This document shows, piece after piece, positions 36,584 through 47,630 of a stretch of DNA of 64,000 bases. Source of the stretch: Marinobacter sp. (lineage in GTDB: Bacteria > Pseudomonadota > Gammaproteobacteria > Pseudomonadales > Oleiphilaceae); NCBI RefSeq assembly GCF_041687235.1, contig NZ_JAWLCH010000010.1, positions 1,900 through 65,899 of the forward strand, in the 5' to 3' direction. Position numbers and translations under genes: made by a program. Under the pieces are notes generated by a model. It searched no databases and was not told the DNA's origin. It saw nothing but the letters and a program-made list of their open reading frames with translations. Positions within the stretch are counted from its first letter, which is position 1, and each line of letters begins with the position of its first letter.

Positions 36584-37907
36584 GTGCGAAAGCGCCACGA
36601 GTTTATTGAGGAATCGAGAAAACAGTGGAGTTCTGAGCCTGCGTTTGTGGCCTCCATGGCCGCAGCGGCTGTGGGGTTGGGGAACCTGTGGCGGTTCCCG
36701 TACATGGTGGGGGAGAACGGCGGTGGCGCCTTTGTGGTGGCTTACCTGCTGGCTCTGATTGTGGTGGTGTTGCCCATCATGATCCTGGAAGTTTCTGCCG
36801 GCCGGCTTTCCAAGGGCAGCACGGTTCAGACCTACCGGCAGGTGAACCGCTTCGGAGTGGTGTACGGGTGGTTTGTGGTGCTCATCACCATGGCTATTAC
36901 CAGCTATTACCTGGTGATTACCGGCTGGACCCTGGGATATGCCGTGGATGCGGTCACAGACGACCTTCGGGTGTTTGGCGAGTTTTCTGCAGGGTACAAC
37001 TCGCTCTGGTATTTCTTCGTGGTTACCGTGCTTGGAGCGATTATCCTGGCCAAGGATGTTACGGCCATTGAGCTGATGTCGAAGATCCTGATGCCGGTGT
37101 TGATCATTGTGATGATCGGTCTGGTGATCTTCGCCAGCCGCACGCCCGGTTGGGAGCAAACCAAGGATTTCTTTTTTCAGGTCGACTGGAGCCGGATGGC
37201 TGACGGCAAGCTCTGGGCGTTTGCGTTCGGGCAGGCCTTCTACACCCTGGCGATTGGCCAGGGCTATCTGGTGACCTATGGCAGTTTTATTCCCCGGCAG
37301 ACTCACGTGCCGCGGGCCTGTCTGATTGTAGCGGGAACGGAGACCAGTGTGGCGCTGCTGGCGGGATGGATGATCTTTCCGTTTGTCTTCAGCCTTGGCA
37401 TGGAACCCACGGAAGGCAGTCAACTGGCGTTTGTGACCATGCCCCGGGTGTTTGAGGATATGGCCGGTGGCTATTGGGTAGGCACGCTGTTTTTTGGTCT
37501 GTTTTTCATGGCGGCGTTCAGTTCCAGCCTGGCCGGGCTGAAGGTGATGATTGCCGCGGTGGCGGAGGAGTTCCGATTGAGCAACGGTCGGGCGGTCAGT
37601 CTTGTTACCCTGGTAATGCTGGTGCTGGGAACGGCCTCGGCGTTGAGTTTCACGCCGCTGGAATGGACCATTGCCGGGGATCCGGTGCTGGATGTCATTG
37701 ACCGGGTGGCCGGTGGCAATGTGATTATCTTCTCCGGGGTCCTGGGCGCAGCTCTTTTCTGTTGGTTTATTCCGCCAGCGAGAATCCGCACCGTGTTGGG
37801 TACCGAGAGCCGCTGGTGGGAGTGGCGTATGTATCTGGTTGGCCGTTACCTGCCATTGGTGATGCTGCTCTGGATCGTAGTCACCTACGCCCTGAATCAG
37901 CTGGGGC

Positions 37908-37921
<14 letters not shown>
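36584..37921 (+). CDS. Sodium-dependent transporter, NSS/SNF family
   Basis: AVGLGNLWRFPY...NGGGAF, AFGQAFYTLAIG; GTG 36584 after GGAGA RBS (start uncertain). Confidence 0.92.
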
Positions 37922-39824
<1,903 letters not shown>

Positions 39825-39873
39825 GGCGATTTCCTGAGTCAGTCCCCGAAGGAAGAAACAACCCCTGTGCCAA

Positions 39874-39928
39874 CTACGAAAAATCGCAGTCCTGGCTACG
39901 AAAAATCGTGAATTACGAAATGTCGTAG
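39874..39928. promoter_or_regulatory. Three tandem imperfect palindromes, candidate upstream activator sequences
   Basis: CTACGAAAAATCGCAG 39874-39889, CTACGAAAAATCGTGA 39896-39911, TTACGAAATGTCGTAG 39913-39928; consensus CTACGA-N4-TCGTAG. Confidence 0.7.
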
Positions 39929-39995
39929 CTCTCCTGTTTTCAGGTTCCTCATTTCTAATTCATTAAAAACAATGGGTTAAAAAAATAGCCGGACT

Positions 39996-40011
39996 TGGCA
40001 CAAACCCTGCG
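39996..40011 (+). promoter_or_regulatory. Sigma54 (-24/-12) promoter
   Basis: TGGCAC-AAACC-CTGCG with correct GG-N10-GC spacing, upstream of the ABC operon and beside a sigma54 activator gene. Confidence 0.85.
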
Positions 40012-40137
40012 ATACCTCTCTCAGAACGCGGAGCCGACCCGACCATTTTCAGCATCGGGCCCGAGCCGCACCTTTGTTGCACCGTGAGAGTGCAGAAATA
40101 ACCCGTTACTTAGGTCCCAAACCCAGGAGAGTGCGCC

Positions 40138-41559
40138 ATGACCACGAAAAGCCTTGGAAATCCGTTTGACGGTGACAAGTCCCTGATTCACGCAAAGACC
40201 TGCGGCTGCCCGGAGTGCAAACCCGGCGATAGCTCCCCGTCCATTTCCCTCGATCTCAAGCCCTCTGCCGGCCAGCAAGCCGTAGCCGATGAGCACCTGG
40301 ATTCTGAAGCGATGATGGATCGTGCCATCGAAGGCGCGGTGGTGCGCTCGGTGTTTGGCCACAACGAACACAGCCGACGCGCATTCATGAAAATGATGGG
40401 CGCTGGCACCGCAGCGGCGGTTCTGGGCAGTGTGTTTCCCATGGAAAAGGCCAAAGCCGCGGTCAAGGAATCCCTGGGCAAACTGGAGAAGACCAAACTG
40501 AACGTCGGCTTTGTACCGATCACCTGTGCCACTCCCATCATCATGGCGCACCCCATGGGTTTCTATGAGCGCTACGGTCTGGATGTCACGGTGACCAAAA
40601 CCGCTGGTTGGGCGGTGGCCCGCGACAAGTCCCTGGCTGGCGAATATGACGCATCCCACATGCTCACGCCCATGCCCCTTGCGATGACCATGGGCGCTGG
40701 TTCAACGCCGGAGCCGTTCATCATGCCGGCCGTGGAGAACATCAACGGCCAGGCCATCGTTCTGCACGTTGACCACAAGGACAAGCGGGACCCGAAGCAG
40801 TGGAAGGGCTTCAAGTTCGGCGTACCGTTCGAGTACTCCATGCACAACTTCCTGCTGCGCTACTACCTGGCCGAGAACGGCATCGATCCGGACAAGGATG
40901 TGCAGATCCGTGTGGTTCCACCACCCGAGATGGTTGCCAACCTGCGCGCCGGTAACCTCGATGGCTACCTGTCTCCGGATCCGTTCAACCAGCGCGCCGT
41001 GTGGGAGAAAGTGGGCTTCATTCACATGCTGACGAAGGACATCTGGGAAGGCCATCCGTGCTGCGCCTTTGCCTGCAGTCAGCAGTTCGCCACCGAGAAC
41101 CCGAATACCTACGGCGCTCTGCTGCGGGCCATCATTGACGCGACCCAGTACTCCAACAACCCGGACAATCGCAAGGAAATCTCCGAAGCCATCGCGCCGA
41201 AGAACTATCTGAACCAGCCGGTGCCGGTGATCCAGCAGGTATTGACCGGCCGATACGCTGACGGCCTGGGGGAAGTCAAGAATGTGCCGGACCGCATCGA
41301 TTTCGATCCGTTCCCCTGGCACTCCATGGGTGTCTGGATCCTTACCCAGATGAAGCGCTGGGGTTATATCGAAGGTGATGTGGACTACAAGGGCATTGCC
41401 GAACAGGTCTACCTGGCAGGTGAGACCGGCAAGATCATGGAGGAGCTGGGCTATACCGTGCCGAAGGAGACCTACAAGACCCACACCATCATGGGCAAGA
41501 CCTTCGATTCTGATCGTGCGGAAGAGTATGCACGCAGCTTCGATATCGGGAGGGTGTAA
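40138..41559 (+). CDS. CmpA/NrtA-family ABC substrate-binding protein (cyanate transporter, CynA-like)
   Basis: GFVPITCATPIIMA, FEYSMHNFLLRY, PDPFNQ, HPCCAF; Tat-like SRRAFMK; in operon with cynS. Confidence 0.9.
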   Translation: MTTKSLGNPFDGDKSLIHAKTCGCPECKPGDSSPSISLDLKPSAGQQAVADEHLDSEAMMDRAIEGAVVRSVFGHNEHSRRAFMKMMGAGTAAAVLGSVFPMEKAKAAVKESLGKLEKTKLNVGFVPITCATPIIMAHPMGFYERYGLDVTVTKTAGWAVARDKSLAGEYDASHMLTPMPLAMTMGAGSTPEPFIMPAVENINGQAIVLHVDHKDKRDPKQWKGFKFGVPFEYSMHNFLLRYYLAENGIDPDKDVQIRVVPPPEMVANLRAGNLDGYLSPDPFNQRAVWEKVGFIHMLTKDIWEGHPCCAFACSQQFATENPNTYGALLRAIIDATQYSNNPDNRKEISEAIAPKNYLNQPVPVIQQVLTGRYADGLGEVKNVPDRIDFDPFPWHSMGVWILTQMKRWGYIEGDVDYKGIAEQVYLAGETGKIMEELGYTVPKETYKTHTIMGKTFDSDRAEEYARSFDIGRV

Positions 41560-41561
41560 CC

Positions 41562-42389
41562 ATGGCTTCTCTGAACGTTCGGGCAGCACTGCTGTCGGTG
41601 TCGTTCCTGATCCTGGCCCTGGGGCTTTGGGAAATGGCAACCCAACCCCCGGCGGCCCAGAGCGGAATGACCGAATACGAATTGCTCATGGGCGGTGCGG
41701 ATCAGGAATCCCGGGTGCCACCACCTTCCAAGGTCCTGGAGCGGGCGTGGATGGAGTTATCCAACCCGTTCTATGACGCAGGAGCCAACGACAAGGGGAT
41801 TGGCACCCAACTGGCCTATTCCGTGTACCGGGTGCTGACCGGCTACCTGGCCGCAATGGCCATTGCACTGCCGCTGGGTTTCCTGATCGGTATGTCACCG
41901 TTGATGTACAAGGCCCTGAACCCCTACATCCAGGTGTTGAGGCCCATCTCGCCACTGGCGTGGATGCCATTGGCCCTGTTCATCATCCAGGATTCGGATG
42001 CCTCCGCCATCTTCGTGATCTTTATCTGCTCAATCTGGCCCATGTTGCTGAACACCGCCTTTGGCGTTGCCAATGTCCGGCAGGATTGGGTGAACGTGGC
42101 CCGCACCCATGAACTGGGGCCGTTGCGCACCGCCATCACGGTGATCCTGCCGGCCGCAGCGCCCACCATCCTGACCGGCATGCGCATCTCCATCGGTATT
42201 GCCTGGCTGGTCATTGTGGCCGCGGAGATGCTGGTGGGCGGCACCGGCATTGGGTACTACGTGTGGAACGAGTGGAACAACCTGGACCTGGCCAGTGTGA
42301 TTTTCTCCATCCTGATGATCGGGGTGGTGGGCATGCTGCTCGACCTTGCCCTGGGCAAGGCCCAGAAGCTGGTGGAATACAAAGAATGA
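41562..42389 (+). CDS. NrtB-like ABC permease (CynB-like)
   Basis: LRPISPLAWMP, LTGMRISIGIAWLVIVAAEML. Confidence 0.92.
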   Translation: MASLNVRAALLSVSFLILALGLWEMATQPPAAQSGMTEYELLMGGADQESRVPPPSKVLERAWMELSNPFYDAGANDKGIGTQLAYSVYRVLTGYLAAMAIALPLGFLIGMSPLMYKALNPYIQVLRPISPLAWMPLALFIIQDSDASAIFVIFICSIWPMLLNTAFGVANVRQDWVNVARTHELGPLRTAITVILPAAAPTILTGMRISIGIAWLVIVAAEMLVGGTGIGYYVWNEWNNLDLASVIFSILMIGVVGMLLDLALGKAQKLVEYKE

Positions 42390-42444
42390 GCGGTCCGGCA
42401 CCGGCAACCGGTGCCGGCCTCAACCCTCCGAATGGAGACCTGTT

Positions 42445-43359
42445 ATGAGTAAAGCATTCCTGGAAGTAGATGGCTTGTCCAAAGTGTACCCGGACGGCCA
42501 GGGCGGCGAGCTGACCGTCTTCGAGGATATTCGTTTTGCCCTGGAGAAAGGCGAGTTTGTCTGCATTATCGGCCACTCCGGTTGCGGTAAATCCACGATC
42601 CTTAACGTACTGGCGGGTCTGGACGAAGCCAGTTCCGGCAACGTGGTGATGAATGGCAAGGAAATCAAAGGGCCGGGCCTTGAGCGCGGCGTGGTGTTCC
42701 AGAACTACAGCCTGCTGCCCTGGAAAACCACGCTGAACAACATCGTCTTCGCCGTGCGCGCCCGCTGGCCCGGCTGGTCCAAGGAGAAGGTGAAAGAGCA
42801 CAGCGAACGCTACCTGAAAATGGTGGGACTGGATCATGCCCTGAACCGCAAACCATCACAGCTCTCCGGCGGCATGCGCCAGCGGGTGAGTATCGCCCGG
42901 GCTTTCGCCACCCAACCGGAGCTTCTGTTGCTGGACGAACCCTTTGGCGCACTGGATGCGCTGACCCGGGGCGTGATCCAGGACGAACTGGTCAAGATCT
43001 GGGAAGAAACCCGCCAGACCGTGTTCATGATCACCCACGATGTGGACGAGGCCATTCTGCTCTCCGACCGCATCTTCCTGATGTCTAACGGCCCCAACGC
43101 CCGCATCGCTGAAAGCGTGAAAGTGGACATCCCGCACCCGCGGGCCAGGGCCACCATCTTCCAGAACCCCGCTTACCACAAGACCCGGGATTACCTGGTG
43201 GACTTCCTGGTCAATCGAAGCGGCTCGGCCCTGCCGGATAAAGACGGAACCCCGAAAGTTGTCGAGCCTGGCAAAGGCGTTGCCCAGTCATCGCAGGCGC
43301 CTGCCGACTCTGAAACTGAAGCCGAATCTGAAACTGCCGCTCGCGCGGTGAATGCCTGA
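42445..43359 (+). CDS. NrtD-like ABC ATPase (CynD-like)
   Basis: GHSGCGKST, LSGGMRQRV, LLLLDEPF, THDVDEA; ATG 42445. Confidence 0.93.
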   Translation: MSKAFLEVDGLSKVYPDGQGGELTVFEDIRFALEKGEFVCIIGHSGCGKSTILNVLAGLDEASSGNVVMNGKEIKGPGLERGVVFQNYSLLPWKTTLNNIVFAVRARWPGWSKEKVKEHSERYLKMVGLDHALNRKPSQLSGGMRQRVSIARAFATQPELLLLDEPFGALDALTRGVIQDELVKIWEETRQTVFMITHDVDEAILLSDRIFLMSNGPNARIAESVKVDIPHPRARATIFQNPAYHKTRDYLVDFLVNRSGSALPDKDGTPKVVEPGKGVAQSSQAPADSETEAESETAARAVNA

Positions 43360-43386
43360 CGTTAAAACCTGAAAGAGGAAACAGCC

Positions 43387-43830
43387 ATGATGAACAAAGA
43401 ATTGATGACCGCGAAAATCCTGGAAGCCAAAGTCTCCAAAGGCATGACCTGGGAAGCCATAGCCGAGGCTATCGGCATGTCCCCGGTGTTCACCACCTCG
43501 GCAGCACTGGGTATGAACAGCCTGACAGAAGACAAAGCCTTTGCTCTGTGCGAAACCCTCGGTCTCGACAAACCGGTAGCCGAAGCCCTGCAGGTCTGTC
43601 CGAAAAAAGCCTGGGACGGCGCCGTTCCCCAGGATCCGCTGATCTACCGTTTGTACGAAGTGGTGGGTGTGTACGGCGACACCATGAAAGAGCTCATCCA
43701 TGAGAAGTTTGGTGACGGCATCATGAGTGCCATTGATTTCACCATGGACATCGAGAAGGAAGAGAATCCGAAGGGCGACCGTGTCGTGGTTACCATGAAC
43801 GGGAAGTTCCTGCCTTATAAAGCCTGGTAA
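43387..43830 (+). CDS. cynS: Cyanase (cyanate hydratase)
   Basis: DPLIYRLYE, EKFGDGIMSAIDF, GKFLPY cyanase signature. Confidence 0.97.
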   Translation: MMNKELMTAKILEAKVSKGMTWEAIAEAIGMSPVFTTSAALGMNSLTEDKAFALCETLGLDKPVAEALQVCPKKAWDGAVPQDPLIYRLYEVVGVYGDTMKELIHEKFGDGIMSAIDFTMDIEKEENPKGDRVVVTMNGKFLPYKAW

Positions 43831-43865
43831 TTGGGGTGTGCCCGCCTTTGTAGCCTTTTGGTTGA

Positions 43866-43975
43866 GGGGCGGGCCTGCGGGGTGGCAGGTGGAGTTTTTC
43901 TTGGAAAAAGAACTCGCTTCGCTCAGACACCTTTTTCCGGCGAAAAATCCACCTACCACCCCGCGCCGACGTGCA
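43866..43975 (+). repeat. Hairpin element A
   Basis: Arms GCGGGGTGGCAGGTGGAGTTTTTC / GAAAAATCCACCTACCACCCCGC around AACTCGCTTCGCTCAGACA; 3' tail GCCGACGTGCA. Confidence 0.75.
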
Positions 43976-44010
43976 ACAGGGGTTCACTAAGTTAAAGACT
44001 TTTTGCTCTT

Positions 44011-44079
44011 GTAGGTTGGATTAGCCGCAGGCGTAATCCAACAGGTATTGTCGGATTACGCTTCGCTAATCCGACCTAC
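44011..44079. repeat. GTAG-type REP doublet
   Basis: Same two REP units as 36396-36464 with a different spacer. Confidence 0.9.
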
Positions 44080-44106
44080 GAAATATTCCCTTCGGAAATA
44101 TCGTTT

Positions 44107-44218
44107 CTGCACGTCGGCAGGGGGTGGGGGTACCTTTTCTGACAGGGAAAAGATGTCTGAGCGCAGCGAGTTGCTTTTCCCCGAAGAAAAGATACCCCCA
44201 CCCCCGTACCTGCCCGCC
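44107..44218 (-). repeat. Hairpin element A' (inverted, diverged copy of A)
   Basis: Reverse complement contains AACTCGCTGCGCTCAGACATCTTTTCC and the GCCGACGTGCA tail, with different arm sequence that still base-pairs. Confidence 0.72.
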
Positions 44219-44255
44219 AAATCTCAGGCTACTGAAGGACAATACCCCAAAGGCC

Positions 44256-44534
44256 TCAGGCAGAACGAGACCGGGCCGCAGAGGTCGATCCCAGGGCAAC
44301 CTCGGCAACCGTATGAAGCTTCTCCAGTTGCGACTGCAACATGGCTATCGGCCGTGTTCCTTCCAAAGTCAGCGCGATATCCAGATGCTCACCGGCGGTT
44401 TCCACGGCCATGGTGGCGATCCGGAACCCGCGGATGCGGACCACCTGGCAGAGCCGCTCCAGGGCGGCGGCTTCCTGGGTCATTCGGCAGTTGATGGTGT
44501 AGCTGGGTGTTTGTGGCTGGCTTTGCGGGTTCAT
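44256..44534 (-). CDS. ilvM: Acetolactate synthase II small (ACT) subunit
   Basis: LERLCQVVRIRGF...LQSQLEKL pattern; ATGA overlap with large subunit. Confidence 0.85.
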   Translation of the reverse strand: MNPQSQPQTPSYTINCRMTQEAAALERLCQVVRIRGFRIATMAVETAGEHLDIALTLEGTRPIAMLQSQLEKLHTVAEVALGSTSAARSRSA

Positions 44535-46231
44535 GCAACTTGCTCCTTGCTGGCTTTGGCGGTGCGGGCGGTTTCGTCAATCATTTCCCGGTTGCTGGCG
44601 CCGGGTTTGACGATGGGCCATACGTTTTCTTCACGGCTGATGGCCACGTGCAGCAGCATGGGGCCGTTGTAGGCCAGGATGGTTTCAATGCCCCGGCGGA
44701 TCTGGTCGGTGCGTTCGATGTGCAGGGCCGGGATATCGAAGGCCCGGGCCATGGCAACGAAGTCGGGGTTGTCGTCCAGGTTTATCTGGCTTTCCCGGTT
44801 GTTGTAGAAAAGCTCCTGCTGCTGGCGGACCATGCCCAGACACTGGTTGTCCATGACGATCAGTTTAACCGGCAGGTTGTAGCGGCGGATGGTGGCCAGT
44901 TCCTGGGCGTTCATCATGAAGGAGCCATCGCCGGTTACATTGATGACGGTGCTGTTGCGATCCGCAAACTGGGCACCGATGGCGGCAGGCAGGCCGAAGC
45001 CCATGGTGCCGAGGCCGCCACTGGTGAGGTGGTGGCGCGGGTGGTCAAAATCGTAGTGCTGGGCGACCCACATCTGGTGTTGGCCCACGTCACAGGCGAT
45101 CACGGTGTCGTCCGGGGCAATCCGGGAGAGCTGGCGGATGAAGGACGGGCCGGTGATGGGCGCCATCGGGTCATCGTTATCAGCCGTGTGGAAGCCGCCG
45201 GTGGTGTGCCAGGTTCGGCATTGTTTCTGCCAGCCACTGATGGCCAGCGGCTTGTCCTTTAATGCGCTGCCCAAAGCCTCAAGAATCTCATTCAGATCCC
45301 CCCGGATGGCCAGATCGGCGGAGCGAAGCTTGTTGATTTCGGCGGCGTCAGCATCGATGTGGATCATCTTTGCATTCGGTGCGAAGCCATCCAGTTTGCC
45401 GGTAGCCCGGTCGTCCAGGCGGGCGCCGATGACCAGCAGCAGGTCGCACTCGTCTACGGCTTTGTTGGCAGCCCGGGAGCCGTGCATGCCCAGCATGCCG
45501 AGATTGTAGGGGTTGTGTTTGCCCGGATTTCCGATGCCTTTCAGGGTGACAACCGCTGGCAAAGCGGAAGTTTCGGCAAAGACCCTGAAACTGTCCTCGG
45601 CGTGCGCCAGGCTGATGCCACCGCCACTGTAGAGCAGCGGCTTGCGGGCTGCGCGCAGCATTGCCAGGGCGTCTGTCAGGTCGGTTGAAGCCGTTTTACG
45701 GCATTCCGATTGGGAGAGGGGCGCATCGGCCACTTCGCTCAGCAACAGGTCTTTGGGAATATCAATCCAGACCGGCCCGGGGCGACCGCTTTGGGCCAGT
45801 TCAATAGCCTCTTCCATGATGGCAGGCAGGCTGTTCGCATCGTCGATCAGGTAGCTGTGTTTAACGATCCCTAGCGTCATGCCCAGGACGTCTGTCTCCT
45901 GGAAGGCGTCGGTGCCGATCAGGCCCGAGGGCACCTGCCCGGTGATCACCAGCATGGGAATAGAATCCCGGTGGGCGTTGGCAACGCCGGTGATCAGGTT
46001 GGTGGCACCGGGGCCGGAGGTGGCAATACACACGCCGAGTTTGCCGCTGGCCCGGGCGTAGCCGTCTGCTGCCAGGGCGCAGCCCTGTTCATGGCGGCAC
46101 AGCACGTGTTCCACGCCCATATCGTCCACCAGCGCGTCATATAGCGGCATGATGCAGCCGCCCGGATAACCGAAAACCGTGCTGATATTGTGGCGGTGGA
46201 ACGCTTCAAGAATGTGCTGTGCGCCGTTCAT
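44531..46231 (-). CDS. ilvG: Acetolactate synthase II large subunit
   Basis: VFGYPGG, RHEQG, TSGPGATN, FQETD, GDGSFMMNAQEL TPP motif. Confidence 0.93.
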   Translation of the reverse strand: MNGAQHILEAFHRHNISTVFGYPGGCIMPLYDALVDDMGVEHVLCRHEQGCALAADGYARASGKLGVCIATSGPGATNLITGVANAHRDSIPMLVITGQVPSGLIGTDAFQETDVLGMTLGIVKHSYLIDDANSLPAIMEEAIELAQSGRPGPVWIDIPKDLLLSEVADAPLSQSECRKTASTDLTDALAMLRAARKPLLYSGGGISLAHAEDSFRVFAETSALPAVVTLKGIGNPGKHNPYNLGMLGMHGSRAANKAVDECDLLLVIGARLDDRATGKLDGFAPNAKMIHIDADAAEINKLRSADLAIRGDLNEILEALGSALKDKPLAISGWQKQCRTWHTTGGFHTADNDDPMAPITGPSFIRQLSRIAPDDTVIACDVGQHQMWVAQHYDFDHPRHHLTSGGLGTMGFGLPAAIGAQFADRNSTVINVTGDGSFMMNAQELATIRRYNLPVKLIVMDNQCLGMVRQQQELFYNNRESQINLDDNPDFVAMARAFDIPALHIERTDQIRRGIETILAYNGPMLLHVAISREENVWPIVKPGASNREMIDETARTAKASKEQVA

Positions 46232-46258
46232 GGTCGTTTTTCCCTTTTCTTTTGCCGT

Positions 46259-46300
46259 AAAAAAAGAAACCCCCGGGACCTTTCGGTGCCGGGGGTTTCT
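46259..46300 (-). terminator. Attenuator terminator of ilvGM
   Basis: AGAAACCCCCGG...CCGGGGGTTTCT stem with 7-U tail on the minus strand, 28 nt before the ilvG ATG. Confidence 0.88.
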
Positions 46301-46321
46301 GGTGTCTTGTCAGGTTTGTCG

Positions 46322-46414
46322 CTATCTCACCCGCTTGTCCACGCAAAAGCCCCCGGACGGTACCACGACCACCAGGACGAGCTTCACAAGGACAATCACT
46401 GCGTTGAGAATCAT
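46322..46414 (-). CDS. ilvL: ilv operon leader peptide MILNAVIVLVKLVLVVVVPSGGFCVDKRVR (not in ORF track)
   Basis: Hand-translated 30-aa ORF; 14 of the first 18 residues are Ile/Leu/Val; directly upstream of the terminator. Confidence 0.88.
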   Translation of the reverse strand: MILNAVIVLVKLVLVVVVPSGGFCVDKRVR

Positions 46415-46542
46415 AAAATCGACAGTCTGCTCTGAATTCGTAAAAAGATTCTGTGTAGAATCTACCCCACGTTTTTATCCGGATGCAACCGTTAATTGCC
46501 GGTTTTTCTGCCAACCTTCGATTCAGGAACAGTGAGCATTCA

Positions 46543-47625
46543 ATGACGAAAGCAAAATGGGGTTCCCTCGGACTGTCACTTCTGATTGTGATCGCACTGG
46601 TGATCTGGATGGCGACCGGTGAGATGAAGGTGGCCAATGACGAGGCTCCGGAGCGGCAAGACGATGTCGATGCACAGCCGACAAGTGTCCAGGTGGAAAC
46701 GCTGACGGCGAGGCTTCACGAGCCGGGGCTTATGCTGCAGGGCCAACTGGAGCCCTGGAGCTCGGTGATGCTGAGTGCTCAGGTCTCCGGCCGGGTCGAA
46801 TCCCTGGAGGCAGGGCTAGGCGAGCAGGTTCGGAAAGGACAGAAGCTGCTGACGATATCCGATGAAGGTCGGAGTTCTGCCGTTTTGCGCTGGCAGTCCC
46901 GGGTACGGAAACTGGAAGCGGACCTTTCAGCCGCCCGCCGGCTACGCGCCGACAACCTGGCGGCGGAGTCCGAAGTGCTGACCCTGGAAAGCGAACTCGC
47001 CGCTGCAAGTGCGGAACTGACCAGCGCCCGGCAGGCCATCAGCCACCTCACCCCCGAGGCGCCTTTTGATGGCACCATCAACAGCAAATCGGTGGATACG
47101 GGCGATCTGGTGCAGGTGGGATCACCCCTGTTTCAGCTGGTAAGAGTGGATCGCCTGAAGGCGACCGCGCAAATCCCCCAGCAATCGGTGGGTGATGTGG
47201 CACCCGGCCAGGCCGTTCGTGTGGATTTGCTGGATGGCAGCCGTCTTTCCGGGGTGGTGACCTTTGTGGCCAGCGCCGCCTCGCCGGAAACCCGGAGTTT
47301 TGCGGTGGAAATTGCGGTGGAGAATCCGGATCGCAAACGGGTGGCCGGCGGCAGTGCCAGCCTGCGGGTTGCATTACCGGAGGTGAAGGCAATGTTTATC
47401 TCACCCGCGTACCTGTCCCTGGGGGATGACGGTCGCCCTGGTGTGAAGTACGTGAACGGTGAGAACCGTGTCGAGTTCGGTAAAGTGAAACTGCTGAGTG
47501 TCTCCACCGAGGGTGCGTGGGTTACCGGCTTGCCGGATGAAATCCGCCTGATTACCCGGGGCGGTGGTTTCGTGAGCACCGGTGAACAGGTTGTGCCGGT
47601 CGACGCCGCCGAAGACAGGGGCTAG
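46543..47625 (+). CDS. RND efflux periplasmic adaptor subunit
   Basis: N-terminal anchor, LSAQVSGRV, APFDGTI, ETRSFAVE. Confidence 0.92.
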   Translation: MTKAKWGSLGLSLLIVIALVIWMATGEMKVANDEAPERQDDVDAQPTSVQVETLTARLHEPGLMLQGQLEPWSSVMLSAQVSGRVESLEAGLGEQVRKGQKLLTISDEGRSSAVLRWQSRVRKLEADLSAARRLRADNLAAESEVLTLESELAAASAELTSARQAISHLTPEAPFDGTINSKSVDTGDLVQVGSPLFQLVRVDRLKATAQIPQQSVGDVAPGQAVRVDLLDGSRLSGVVTFVASAASPETRSFAVEIAVENPDRKRVAGGSASLRVALPEVKAMFISPAYLSLGDDGRPGVKYVNGENRVEFGKVKLLSVSTEGAWVTGLPDEIRLITRGGGFVSTGEQVVPVDAAEDRG

Positions 47626-47630
47626 ACCGC

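Noticed and set aside
44048-44672. ORFs spanning the REP/hairpin region
   Set aside because: Derived from repeat sequence and the antisense of ilvM; no coding features
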